From an uncultured delta proteobacterium (lineage in GTDB: Bacteria > Myxococcota_A > UBA9160 > SZUA-336): a stretch of DNA of 64,000 bases. The stretch is taken from positions 416,001 to 480,000 of the forward strand of contig CAVPHD010000001.1 of NCBI GenBank assembly GCA_963704165.1, in the 5' to 3' direction. Each line of letters opens with the position of its first letter. Position 1 is the stretch's first letter. The notes under the pieces are model-generated. The model ran no database searches. It was not told the origin of the DNA and saw nothing but the letters and a program-made list of their open reading frames with translations. Of this stretch, positions 1-9,697 are shown piece by piece. The position numbers and the translations under genes are program-made.

Positions 1-374
1 CGGGACGACCCGTGCTCGGCACCTGTGCGGGCGCGGTCCTGCTCGCGCGCAAGGTGCGCGGGACTGCACAGCCTTCGTTCGGCGCACTCGACATCGACAT
101 CGAGCGCAACGCCTACGGAACGCAGCTCGACTCGTTCGTGTGCCGGGCCGAAACCGACGATTCCGGCTCGGTCTTCTCCGGTCTCGAATGCGTGTTGATT
201 CGCGCACCGCGCATCGTTCGCGTCGGCGCAGACGTGACCGTGCACGTGCGGGTGAAGGGCGACCCCGCGCTCGTCTCGAGTGCCAACGTCTGGGTAACGA
301 CGTTCCACCCCGAGCTGACGCGCGACACGCGCGTTCAGCTCGAGTGGCTCAGAAGCGCGGCCTTTCGAGGCTGA
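1..374 (+). CDS. pdxT: Pyridoxal 5'-phosphate synthase glutaminase subunit (5'-truncated by window)
   Basis: GTCAG nucleophile motif, ERNAYG, IRAP and FHPE motifs of the PdxT/SNO family. Confidence 0.9.
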   Translation, partial: GRPVLGTCAGAVLLARKVRGTAQPSFGALDIDIERNAYGTQLDSFVCRAETDDSGSVFSGLECVLIRAPRIVRVGADVTVHVRVKGDPALVSSANVWVTTFHPELTRDTRVQLEWLRSAAFRG

Positions 375-1992
375 CGTCGGCTGCGGACCACGCGCTGGCG
401 AAGCGCCCCCGGACCTCGCCGTCGAGCTTGCCCTGCGCGTGCAGGCTCTCCGCGAGTCCGAAGAGCGACCAGCCGTTCTCGGGTTGAGCGACGAGATCCT
501 CCCGGAAGGCGGCCTCGGCCTCGATCGGCTTGCCGAGCGCGAGCAACGCCGAGCCCTGAAGCTGGCGCACCGGGAGGTACCAGGCTGGCGGCTCGGTGTA
601 GTTGAGTTCGTGCTCGAGACGCCTCGCCTTCTCGAGCCCTTCGAGCGCGTGCGCCGAGTCACCCTCGCGAAGTGAGATCTCGGCGGCGAGCACTTCGCTT
701 GCGAGCGCGACCAGACTCGATGCCGCCGCCGCCGGAAGCTGTAGTGCCGCGAGCGCCGGCTCCGCGCCGATCTGGTTCTGAAGCGCGAGCTCCGCCTTCG
801 CCTCGTCGAGCCGTCCGGTCGCGGCGAACGCCATGCCGCGCGCGTGATGCCACATGGCGGTCGCGTAGCGTTGGCTCTCGAGCGGCGCGGGCTCGTCGAT
901 CATCTCGTCGAATTTCCCGAAGCGGACGAGCGCGTAATACGGGACGGGCACCTGCTCTTCCGCGGGGGGAAACGCCGTGACCGCTTCCTCGGACAGCTTC
1001 GAGCGCAGCTTCCTCGCGGTTGCGATCGCCGCTTCGCTCCGGCCTTCCATCGTCTCGGAGGCCCAGAGGAAGTGCAGATTGTGCGGATAGTACGCGAGCG
1101 AGTAGATGCCGCCGGATCGACACCACGACAGGTATTCCTCGTCGGCGCTCGCGCCGCGCTCGTTCGCGATCGAAGCCTGGCGATACAGACCCACGCGCAT
1201 GTACGTGTGCGCCGACATGTGGACGAGATGACCGGCCGATACCGCGAGTGTCTCGAGACGCTTCGCGCTCGGAAGCGCGCGGCCGGGGTCGTTCGAGGCC
1301 TCGACCGCATGGATGTAGAAGTGATTCGCGCCCGGATGGCTCGGGTCGCGGTGGAGCACCGACTCGAGCCGATTCACGATCTCGGCCGTCGTCTCCTTCG
1401 GTTCGCCGTCCTTGGTCCAGTAATCCCACGGCGAGAGATCCATGATCGCCTCGGCCGCGAGTGTCTGGGCGTCGAGATCGTCCGGAAATCGTCTCGCGAC
1501 CGCACGCATCGCGTCGGCGTACTCGCGATCGAGCGCCTCGCGATCGGCACCCGGCTCGGCCGAGTAGCGCTTCGCCAGCGCCGAGACATAGGCGAGCTCG
1601 CGCGGTGTACTCAGCAGAGCCCGCGCCTGCGCCTTCTCGAGCGCGGCGAGCGCGGGAGCGACGGCGCTCATCTCCATCGGAGCGTTGATGTTCGGACCGA
1701 GCGCCAGCGCCACGCCCCAGGAGCACATCGTGCAGCTGGGATCGATCTGGCCCGCCACTTCGAAGGCACGGATCGCTTCCGGATGGTTGAACCCGTACAT
1801 GAGCCGGAGACCCTGATCGAAATACTTCTGCGCGAGCGGCGATCTCGTGGTGATCGACATGGTGTGGGCGCCGAGCCCTTCGATCAGCGGCCGACCTCGC
1901 TCGACGGCTTCCGTGCTCTGCTCGTCCACGCAGGCACTGGCGGCCAGCAGCGTTCCCGCGACCCAGATCGACAAGGTATGCCGAATCCCCAT
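349..1992 (-). CDS. TPR-repeat putative lipoprotein of unknown function
   Basis: Long ORF with lipobox-like LLAASAC, helical repeats (AQKYFDQGL..YGFNHPEA) and His-rich HPGANHFYIH/GHLVHMSAH segments; start 1992 chosen over 2028. Confidence 0.7.
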   Translation of the reverse strand: MGIRHTLSIWVAGTLLAASACVDEQSTEAVERGRPLIEGLGAHTMSITTRSPLAQKYFDQGLRLMYGFNHPEAIRAFEVAGQIDPSCTMCSWGVALALGPNINAPMEMSAVAPALAALEKAQARALLSTPRELAYVSALAKRYSAEPGADREALDREYADAMRAVARRFPDDLDAQTLAAEAIMDLSPWDYWTKDGEPKETTAEIVNRLESVLHRDPSHPGANHFYIHAVEASNDPGRALPSAKRLETLAVSAGHLVHMSAHTYMRVGLYRQASIANERGASADEEYLSWCRSGGIYSLAYYPHNLHFLWASETMEGRSEAAIATARKLRSKLSEEAVTAFPPAEEQVPVPYYALVRFGKFDEMIDEPAPLESQRYATAMWHHARGMAFAATGRLDEAKAELALQNQIGAEPALAALQLPAAAASSLVALASEVLAAEISLREGDSAHALEGLEKARRLEHELNYTEPPAWYLPVRQLQGSALLALGKPIEAEAAFREDLVAQPENGWSLFGLAESLHAQGKLDGEVRGRFASAWSAADVSLERPRF

Positions 1993-2049
1993 TTCCGGCC
2001 TCACGGTTGTGCTCGATCGGTCGATCATCCTCCCCGCGAGCCGCGGGGT

Positions 2050-3135
2050 CTAGGCCCGAATCGAGGTCCAGGCCGCGCGGATCGCACGAACGTCGAGATC
2101 TTCTCGGATCTCCACCGCGCCGAGTCGGCTCGGCAGGACGAAACGGATCCGGGAGCCCGAGACCTTCTTGTCGAGCGCCATCGCCGCGAGCAGGCGATCG
2201 TCGTCGGGAAGCCGCGAGCGGACGGGCAGCCCGGCCAGAGCGACGATCGCTTCGAGCTCGGGACGCAGCTCCGGGACACAGAGGCCGGTCGAGGCGGCGA
2301 GCGTGGTCGCGGCGAGCATGCCGAGTGCAACGGCTTCGCCGTGCAGGATCTCACCGTACCCCGCCACCGTCTCGATCGCGTGCGCGAACGTGTGCCCGAA
2401 GTTCAGGTGCGCACGAACGCCGGTCTCCTTCTCGTCCTCCATCACGACGGCGGCCTTGATCGCCACGTTGCGCGCGACCAGCTCCGCGAGTGCATCGGCG
2501 TCGAGCGCGAGCAGGGACTTCATGTTCACCCGCGTCCAGTCGAAGAGCGCGGGATCGCGAATCACCGCGTGCTTGATGCACTCGGCCAGCCCGCAGCGCA
2601 GCTCGCGCGCGGGCAGCGTGCGCAGCGCGAGCGTGTCCGCGATCACCGCCACCGGCTGGTGGAACGCGCCGATCAGGTTCTTGCCTTGCGGAACGTTCAC
2701 GCCCACCTTCCCGCCGACGCTCGAGTCGACCATCGCGAGCAGGGTCGTCGGGCACTGGACGAACGGCACACCGCGCAGGTAGGTCGCCGCGACGAAGCCG
2801 ACCATGTCTCCGGTCACTCCGCCGCCGAGTGCCACGAGTGGTGCTCGCCGCTCGAACTTGCGCTCGAGCAGGACGTCGTAGAGCGCACGCACGCCGTCGA
2901 GATTCTTGCTCGCCTCTCCGCCTTCGAGCCCGTGACCGATCGCGGTGTAGCCCGCCGCCTCCAACGACGCGCGCGCAGGCGGAGCCAGCGTCAGGCGCAG
3001 AGCCGGATCCGAGAAGACGGCCGCCTGGGAGGCGGGTGCGATCTCGCGCACCGACGCGCCGAGGCGATCGAGCGCGTGCGGCTCGATCACGACGTCGTAA
3101 CTGTGGTGCGGGAAGACGACGGGCACGGATGGCAT
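2050..3135 (-). CDS. aroB: 3-dehydroquinate synthase
   Basis: GGEASK, GGGVTGDMVGFVAATYLRG, PTTLLAMVDSSVGGK, LNFGHTFAHAIE, HGEAVA, DKK motifs. Confidence 0.95.
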   Translation of the reverse strand: MPSVPVVFPHHSYDVVIEPHALDRLGASVREIAPASQAAVFSDPALRLTLAPPARASLEAAGYTAIGHGLEGGEASKNLDGVRALYDVLLERKFERRAPLVALGGGVTGDMVGFVAATYLRGVPFVQCPTTLLAMVDSSVGGKVGVNVPQGKNLIGAFHQPVAVIADTLALRTLPARELRCGLAECIKHAVIRDPALFDWTRVNMKSLLALDADALAELVARNVAIKAAVVMEDEKETGVRAHLNFGHTFAHAIETVAGYGEILHGEAVALGMLAATTLAASTGLCVPELRPELEAIVALAGLPVRSRLPDDDRLLAAMALDKKVSGSRIRFVLPSRLGAVEIREDLDVRAIRAAWTSIRA

Positions 3136-3224
3136 TTGTCCGGACAGGTTATCGCGGGCGACCGTCCGCGACGAGCGGGCTAGCATCCCGGGCGCCTGGG
3201 AACCGGACGGGAGTCGGAAGCCAC

Positions 3225-4175
3225 GTGGTGATCGGAATCATCGCAGCCGGATGGATCGCACTGGGCTCGATCGTCGCCGACTTCGCGCTCGCGGAGCCGC
3301 CGGTCGATCGCGTGCAGCTGGCGCTCGAGAGCGTTCGCTTCATCGCCTATACACCGCGTGGTTTCGACCCGGAGGCCGGTGCGGGCCCTGTCAGTCCGCG
3401 GGCGATTCGCGCGGATCTCGAGCTGCTCCGCGGCCACTTCGACGGTCTGATCACGTACTCGTGTGCGAACGGGCTCGCCGCCGTGCCGTCGGTCGCCAGC
3501 GAGCTCGGCTTTCGTGCGGTCGTGCTCGGCGTCTGGGATCCGAAGAACGAGACCGAGCTCGCGATCGCGATCGAGACCGCGCGTGCGCAGCCCGACACGG
3601 TGCTCGCGATCTCGATTGGAAACGAAGGTCTGTTCTTCGGGCGCTACGACGCTGCCAGCCTCGCTCGCGCATTCGAGCGCGTGCGACGCGAGGTTCCGCA
3701 CGTCGCGGTCACCACCACCGAACCGTTCTCGCTCCATCTGGACGCGGAGCGCGCAAGGATGCTTCCGCGCCAGGACTTCCTCCTGCCGGTCGTGCACCCG
3801 CTCGATCAGCCGTGGTTCGGAGAAGCGCCGCCGGGTACCGCCGTGGACTTCGTGGTGAACGTCGTGCGCGCGCTCGAGCGAGAGCTCGGCCTGCCCGTGC
3901 TCGTGAAGGAGACGGGCCTGCCGAGCGGGCCGAGCGATCAAGGCCATAGCGAAGCCGGACAGGCCGAGTTCTGGTCGGCACTCGAAGCGAAGCTCCCGGC
4001 CACGCGCGCGCACGCGGTCGCGCGCTTCGAAGCCTTCGACGCCGACTGGAAGACGGCGTCCGTCGCCGCGCAGACCGGAGACGTGCGTCCGACCGAGGCG
4101 CACTGGGGATTCTTCCGCGCCGACGGCCGCGCGAAACCGGTGGTCGAGAACCTCTCGAGATCGGGCTCGCGATGA
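3225..4175 (+). CDS. Secreted glycoside hydrolase family 17-like (beta-1,3-glucanase/transglucosylase)
   Basis: N-terminal hydrophobic signal; ISIGNEGL (acid/base), VKETGLPS (nucleophile), FEAFD..WK and EAHWGFF motifs; start approximate. Confidence 0.8.
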   Translation: MVIGIIAAGWIALGSIVADFALAEPPVDRVQLALESVRFIAYTPRGFDPEAGAGPVSPRAIRADLELLRGHFDGLITYSCANGLAAVPSVASELGFRAVVLGVWDPKNETELAIAIETARAQPDTVLAISIGNEGLFFGRYDAASLARAFERVRREVPHVAVTTTEPFSLHLDAERARMLPRQDFLLPVVHPLDQPWFGEAPPGTAVDFVVNVVRALERELGLPVLVKETGLPSGPSDQGHSEAGQAEFWSALEAKLPATRAHAVARFEAFDADWKTASVAAQTGDVRPTEAHWGFFRADGRAKPVVENLSRSGSR

Positions 4176-4193
4176 GGCTCTCGGATCCCGGAT

Positions 4194-5582
4194 TCAGCGC
4201 GCGAGCGCCTGCACCAATCGCCAGAGGAAGTGCTGCCCCTCGTAGAACTGCACGACACCGACGCGCTCGTCACGGCCGTGCGCGCGGACGTCGTCCACGT
4301 CCATGAAGATCCCGGAAATCCCGTAAGCGGGGATTCCCGCGAGCCGGAAGTACTTCGAATCCGTGGCACCCGCGCTCATCGTCGGGACGACCGGCACTCC
4401 GGGGAAGACCTCTGCGCTGACGCGATCGACGATCTCGAGGAAGGCGGGGTCGACTTCCGCTCTGGGTCCGGCGATCTCCCGCTCCGCGAGCGACACCTCG
4501 ATCCCGGAATCCGCGAGCACACCGACGAGCGTGCTCTGCACGCTCAGTGCCGTGTGTCCGGGAAGGATCCGGCAGTTGACGTTCGCGCTCGCGCGCTGCG
4601 GCAGCGCGTTGGGCGCATGCCCCGCCGAGAGCTGGGTCGCGATGCAGGTCGTGCGCAGCACCGCGTTGTAGACCGGTTGCGCGGCGAGGCGCGCGATCGC
4701 TTCGGGATCACCCGGCTGCTTCGCGGCCGCGCGCATGTCCTTCGCGATCTCCGGCGCTTCCACCTGCGCGGCTCGCTCGAAATAGGTGCGCGTCACTTCG
4801 TTCAGCTCGATCGGGAACTCGAAGGCCTCGAGCCGCGCGAGCCCGTTCACGAGCCGATAGATCGCGTTGTCCTTCACGGGCAGAGAGCTGTGCCCGCCCT
4901 TGTTCGTCACGACGAGCTCGAAGTCCATGTAGGTCTTCTCGGCCGCCTGAACGCCGTTCACCAGATACTTGCCGCCGCGCATGCGTCCGCCGCCACCCTC
5001 GTTGAGTACCAGCGCAGCGTCGACGCGCGCGCGGTGCTCGCGCAGCAGCCACTCGACTCCGTTCTCGTCGCCACCCTCTTCGTCGGCGGTGAGCGCGAGG
5101 ATCACGTCGCGGCGCAGCACCGTTCCCTCTCGCTTCATGCGGAGGAACGATTCGGTGAAGATCGCGGCCATCGCCTTGTCGTCGATCGCGCCGCGCGCGT
5201 AGAAGAATCCGTCTTTCTCGAGCAGCTTGAACGGCTCGACGCTCCAGTCCTCCCGCTTCGCCTCGACCACGTCGAGGTGCGCGAGCAGGAGCAGCGGCTT
5301 CTCGGCACCGTTCCCGCGCAGGCGCGCGACCAGGTTTCCCTTCTTCGGGGAAGGCCCGAGCACCACGACGTCGGCCTCCGGAATGCCCGCTGCGCGAAGC
5401 CGCACGGCCACGGCCTCGGCCGCGACCGTCGTGCTGCCGCTGGAGTGCGTGGTGTCGATCTCGAGCAGCTCCTGATAGATCTCGCGCACGAGCGCACGGC
5501 TCGCTTCGGGGATCGCCTCGTCGGCGAACGTCGCGGTGGGTGTCAGGGCGAGCCAGATGGACAGAAGGAGCCGATTTCTCAT
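4194..5582 (-). CDS. M20/M25/M40 family metallopeptidase, secreted
   Basis: AHLDVV, RGAIDDK, ADEE, GGHSS, GATDS and HGRDER motifs; signal peptide. Confidence 0.9.
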   Translation of the reverse strand: MRNRLLLSIWLALTPTATFADEAIPEASRALVREIYQELLEIDTTHSSGSTTVAAEAVAVRLRAAGIPEADVVVLGPSPKKGNLVARLRGNGAEKPLLLLAHLDVVEAKREDWSVEPFKLLEKDGFFYARGAIDDKAMAAIFTESFLRMKREGTVLRRDVILALTADEEGGDENGVEWLLREHRARVDAALVLNEGGGGRMRGGKYLVNGVQAAEKTYMDFELVVTNKGGHSSLPVKDNAIYRLVNGLARLEAFEFPIELNEVTRTYFERAAQVEAPEIAKDMRAAAKQPGDPEAIARLAAQPVYNAVLRTTCIATQLSAGHAPNALPQRASANVNCRILPGHTALSVQSTLVGVLADSGIEVSLAEREIAGPRAEVDPAFLEIVDRVSAEVFPGVPVVPTMSAGATDSKYFRLAGIPAYGISGIFMDVDDVRAHGRDERVGVVQFYEGQHFLWRLVQALAR

Positions 5583-5607
5583 GCGGCTCAGTATAGTTCC
5601 GTGCATC

Positions 5608-6495
5608 GTGAAACTCGCTCGGCTCGGACGATCGGGGCGGAGAGGCGCCCTTTCAGCCTGGTTGGCCCTGACCCCGACCGTCGCGTGGGCCGATCCACCA
5701 CCGGAGTCGGCATCGCAGCCGTCGGAGCAGGAGCTCCTCGAGGCCCTCGATGCGGCCGACGACGTCGCCGCCTACCCCGATCCGCTCGAGCCCGCGAACC
5801 GCGCGACGCTCTGGTTCAACGAAGTCCTCGATCGCTTCGTGATCGCCCCGATCTCGCACGGATACGATGCCGTGATGCCGGATCCCGCCGAGCGAGCGGT
5901 GCTGCGCGTGTTTCGAAACCTGGCCGAGCCGATCTCGTTCGCCAACCACGTGCTCCAGTTGCATCCACGGCGTGCGGGTGAAACGCTCGCTCGATTCTGC
6001 ATGAACTCGGTCGTCGGTGTCGTCGGGCTCTTCGACGTCGCGACGAAGGTCGGGTTGCCGGAACAGCATGCCGACTTCGGCGGGACTCTACACCGTTATG
6101 GGACACCCAGTGGACCGTACCTGATCGTCCCGGTGCTCGGGCCTAGCACCGCGCGCGATGCGACGGGTGATCTCGTGGACTTCTTCCTCGGGCCTCACAG
6201 CTACGTGATCTCCGGAGCGGGCCAGGTCATGATCGGAACCGGAAATGGCATCGCTCTGAGGTCGGAGCAGGATGCAGCGCTCGAAGCCCTGCGCGAGCAG
6301 TCGGTCGATTTCTACGCCGCTCTTCGCACCGCGTTCTACTTGAGTCGGGAATCCGAGTTGGCCGGAGCGACGGCCGACGCGCCTTCGATCTTGAGTTCGA
6401 GTGCCGCGACGAGCGCGTCGAATCCCTCGCGGTCGAGCACCGACGTGTACTCGGCGCGTTTCATCGCGAGCTCCGAGACGGTTCCGCCGAGATAG
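5608..6495 (+). CDS. MlaA/VacJ family phospholipid-binding protein
   Basis: DPLEPANR..FN..LD, NLAEP, RF..NS..GV.GLFDVA, DFG.TL, GPYLIVPVLGPSTARD, DFYAALR motifs; start approximate. Confidence 0.9.
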   Translation: MKLARLGRSGRRGALSAWLALTPTVAWADPPPESASQPSEQELLEALDAADDVAAYPDPLEPANRATLWFNEVLDRFVIAPISHGYDAVMPDPAERAVLRVFRNLAEPISFANHVLQLHPRRAGETLARFCMNSVVGVVGLFDVATKVGLPEQHADFGGTLHRYGTPSGPYLIVPVLGPSTARDATGDLVDFFLGPHSYVISGAGQVMIGTGNGIALRSEQDAALEALREQSVDFYAALRTAFYLSRESELAGATADAPSILSSSAATSASNPSRSSTDVYSARFIASSETVPPR

Positions 6496-6980
6496 ACGTC
6501 GATCACCCGCCAACCATCGGGTGTGGAGCGCATTCGGTAGTCGAGCAGAACGTCCTCCTTCGGCGCGTGAAGGACGCTGCGCACGATCTCGGTGCCCGCG
6601 ATCGAGCTCTCGGCGCCCCGCGTCTCGAAGCGCTCCGACGTGTAGCCGCTGAAACGGGTCGCATAGGTTCGCAAGATCATCCCGCGGAAGACCTGCCGGA
6701 AGCGTTCACGCTGCGCTTCGTCGAGCTTGGTCCAGCCGGGACCCAGCGAGCGCTGACTCATGGTCGGGAAGTCGTAGGTCTCGTCCATGACGGGGGTGAG
6801 GCGTTCGAGACGGCCGTCGATCCCGAGCTCTTCCGCGTTCTTCATGATCTCGAGCAGGGTCGCGTGAAAGCGGTCGATCACTGCAACCGCCTCCGCGGAT
6901 CCGGCGCGCGCCGGCAGAGCCGTTGCGACGATCAGCGCGAAGATCGCGACGATGGCGAGGCGATGTGGAACCATGCGCAT
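6336..6980 (-). CDS. MlaC/Ttg2D family periplasmic lipid-binding protein (HpnM-like)
   Basis: Signal peptide; YDFPTMSQRSLGPGW, LDYRM, WRVIDVY, SELAMKRAEY motifs; adjacent to hpnN. Confidence 0.85.
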   Translation of the reverse strand: MRMVPHRLAIVAIFALIVATALPARAGSAEAVAVIDRFHATLLEIMKNAEELGIDGRLERLTPVMDETYDFPTMSQRSLGPGWTKLDEAQRERFRQVFRGMILRTYATRFSGYTSERFETRGAESSIAGTEIVRSVLHAPKEDVLLDYRMRSTPDGWRVIDVYLGGTVSELAMKRAEYTSVLDREGFDALVAALELKIEGASAVAPANSDSRLK

Positions 6981-7011
6981 CTCAGGATAACGGATCAGGG
7001 GACGTTCGAGC

Positions 7012-9657
7012 GTGGACGAGTGGATCGGGAGCTGGCTCGCGGCCTGGGTGCGGATCGTGCGCCTGCGTCCCCGCCTCGTCCTCGTGAGCGCGCTCGTCGC
7101 GACCGTCGGGCTCGGCCTGTACGCCGCGACTCACCTCGCGATGAACATGGATACGAACTCGATCATGTCCCAGGAGCTGCCGGGCGAGCAGCGCTGGAAC
7201 GAGATCAACGCGGCCTTCCCCGAGACGACCGACCCGCTTCTCATCGTCGTCGATGCCGCCACGTCGGAGCGGGCGCGTGAGGGCGCGCTCGCGCTGCGCG
7301 ACCGGATGGCGCGCGAGACCTCGCTGTTTCGCGAGGTGGACGTCCCCGGCGAGGGTCCATTCTTCGAACAGAACGGCCTGCTCTACCTGTCGACCGAGGA
7401 GCTCGGCGAGCTCGCCGGTCACCTCGCGACCGTGCAGCCCTACCTCGCAGAGCTGCAACGCGATCCGAGCCTGCGCGGGCTCTTCGACCTCTTGAATCGC
7501 GCGGTCGATGCGCTGGGCCGCGGCGAGACGACCGTCTTCGAGCTCGGTCCCGTCTTCGACCGGCTTTCTCACAGCATCGATGCCGTGACCCGGGACGAGC
7601 GCCCGACGCCGGTCTCGTGGCGCGAGGTGCTGCTCGGCGACACCATCGCGGACCGAAAGCTGCGCCTGGTGGTCGCACAACCGATCGTGGACTACGGACG
7701 GCTCGTGCCCGCGCGCGAGGCGATCGATCACATCCACGCGCTCGCGCGCGAGGTCGGTCTCGGTCCGGGAACGGACGTTCGCGTGCGCGTCACCGGCGAC
7801 CTCGCGCTCTCGACCGACGAGCTCACGACGGTGATGCGAGGCGCGCTCGTTTCGGGTGTCCTCTCGTCCTTCGCGATCGCGGGAATCCTGTCTCTGGCGC
7901 TGCGCTCGGGAAAGCTCGTACTCGCGACGATGATCACGCTCGGGGCCGGGCTCGTCTGGACGTTCGCGTTCGCCGCCGCGGCGATCGGCACGCTGAACAT
8001 GGTGTCGGTCGCATTCGCGGTGCTCTTCGTCGGCCTCGGCACGGACTTCGGCGTGCATTTCTGTCTGCGCTGGCAGGATCTCCGCGCGCGAGGTCGAACC
8101 CGCGAAGCCGCGATGGAAGAGACCACGGCGGACGTCGGCCTCTCGCTCGTCGTCTGCAGCGCGACCACGGCCATCGGTTTCCTCGCCTTCTGGCCCACCG
8201 ACTACAACGCCGTCGCCGAGCTGGGGTTGATCTCGGCGGTCGGAATTCTCGTATCGCTCTTCGCGAACCTGACGCTGCTGCCGGCCTGCGTCGAACTCCT
8301 GGAGCCGGGCCTTCCGCGCGCGCGCGCACGGCTCCACGACCGTCCGTTCTTCGCTCGCCTGATCGATCTGCCCGTGCGCCGCGCCCGAGCGATCCGCATC
8401 GGAGCGGTGCTGGTCGCGCTGGTCTGCCTGCCGTCGCTCGGCAGTGTCCACTTCTCGTACAACCCGCTTCGGCTGCGCGTCCAGACGTCGGACAGCGTCG
8501 CGGCGTTCGACGACCTGATGGCGACGGAAGGCATGTCTCCCTGGAGCGTGACGGTGCTGGCGCGTGATCCGACCGAGGCCCGAGCGATCGCGGACGAGCT
8601 GGCCGCGCTCGATCTGGTCGCGGAGACGGTCACGCTCGCGAACTACGTTCCGAGCGATCAGCCCGAGAAGCTCGCGATCCTCGAGGACGTCGCGCTCCTC
8701 ATGGCGCCGCCGCCGTCGGGGTCCGAGGAGCTCCGGCCACCGAGCGACGACGACGACATCTCCGCGCTGCGCCGTTTCATCTCTGCCGCCCCGGCACCGC
8801 CCGGCTCCGAGGAATCGAAGACCACCGCAGCGCTCGCGCGTTTACGCAGATCCGTGTCGGAGTTCCTGGCCGCGATCGAGGGTGCCGATGCCGACACTCG
8901 CGCGCGCGCGATCGAGCGGCTCGAAGGGAACATCGTCGCGGGCCTGCCGGAACAGCTCGGCCGCGTGCACAAGTCGCTCGAGGCCGTGCCGGTGAGCGCG
9001 GCATCGCTGCCGGCCGAACTCCTGCGCGGACTCGTCGCCCCCGACGGACGCATCCGGGTGGAAGCCTATCCGCGCGAGGACATCGCCCAGGACGACGCGG
9101 CGCTGCGCCGTTTCGTCGACGAGACGCAGGATGCCGTTCCCCAGGCCGCGGGAATCGCAATCAATGCGGTCGAGTCGGCTCGCGCGGTCGTGCGCGCATT
9201 TCTACAGGCGCTCGCGCTTGCGGCCGTCGCGATCGCGCTCCTGCTCTTCACGCTCTGGCGACGCGTCTCGGACACGCTGATCGCGCTCGCACCGCTGGGT
9301 CTCGGCGCTGCGATCCTGTGCGCGCTCGGCGTCGCCCTCGACGAGCCGTTCAACTTCGCGAACGTGCTCGCTCTCCCCGCACTCCTGGGCATCGGAATCG
9401 ACAGCGGCATCCACCTGGTCCACCGCTGGCGGCATGCCGATCTGGCGTCCGGAGGGTTGCTCGAGACCAGCTCCGCGCGCGGCGTCGTGTACAGCGCGGT
9501 CACGACCGCCGCGAGCTTCGGCAGCCTCGCACTCTCACCTCACCCCGGAATGGCGAGCATCGGGTTCATGCTGACGCTCGGACTCGTGCTGATTCTGGTC
9601 ACGAACCTGTTGCTGATTCCGGCGCTCGTCGCGAGTCGGAGCGCGGCCAGGTCGTAG
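7012..9657 (+). CDS. hpnN: MMPL/RND family hopanoid transporter HpnN
   Basis: 881 aa, two TM clusters; FFEQNGLLYL, FAVLFVGLGTDFGVH, FNFANVLALP.LLGIGID.GIH motifs. Confidence 0.85.
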   Translation: MDEWIGSWLAAWVRIVRLRPRLVLVSALVATVGLGLYAATHLAMNMDTNSIMSQELPGEQRWNEINAAFPETTDPLLIVVDAATSERAREGALALRDRMARETSLFREVDVPGEGPFFEQNGLLYLSTEELGELAGHLATVQPYLAELQRDPSLRGLFDLLNRAVDALGRGETTVFELGPVFDRLSHSIDAVTRDERPTPVSWREVLLGDTIADRKLRLVVAQPIVDYGRLVPAREAIDHIHALAREVGLGPGTDVRVRVTGDLALSTDELTTVMRGALVSGVLSSFAIAGILSLALRSGKLVLATMITLGAGLVWTFAFAAAAIGTLNMVSVAFAVLFVGLGTDFGVHFCLRWQDLRARGRTREAAMEETTADVGLSLVVCSATTAIGFLAFWPTDYNAVAELGLISAVGILVSLFANLTLLPACVELLEPGLPRARARLHDRPFFARLIDLPVRRARAIRIGAVLVALVCLPSLGSVHFSYNPLRLRVQTSDSVAAFDDLMATEGMSPWSVTVLARDPTEARAIADELAALDLVAETVTLANYVPSDQPEKLAILEDVALLMAPPPSGSEELRPPSDDDDISALRRFISAAPAPPGSEESKTTAALARLRRSVSEFLAAIEGADADTRARAIERLEGNIVAGLPEQLGRVHKSLEAVPVSAASLPAELLRGLVAPDGRIRVEAYPREDIAQDDAALRRFVDETQDAVPQAAGIAINAVESARAVVRAFLQALALAAVAIALLLFTLWRRVSDTLIALAPLGLGAAILCALGVALDEPFNFANVLALPALLGIGIDSGIHLVHRWRHADLASGGLLETSSARGVVYSAVTTAASFGSLALSPHPGMASIGFMLTLGLVLILVTNLLLIPALVASRSAARS

Positions 9658-9697
9658 CTCAGAAGAACCGCCGCTGCTTCGCTCGAGACGCCAGCCA

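Noticed and set aside
844..3183. Very long antisense or alternate-frame ORFs (844..3183, 4230..5981, 22179..24626, 47574..49628, 57017..59095 and others)
   Set aside because: Shadow ORFs of high-GC codon bias opposite clearly recognisable genes; Arg/Ala-rich with no motifs
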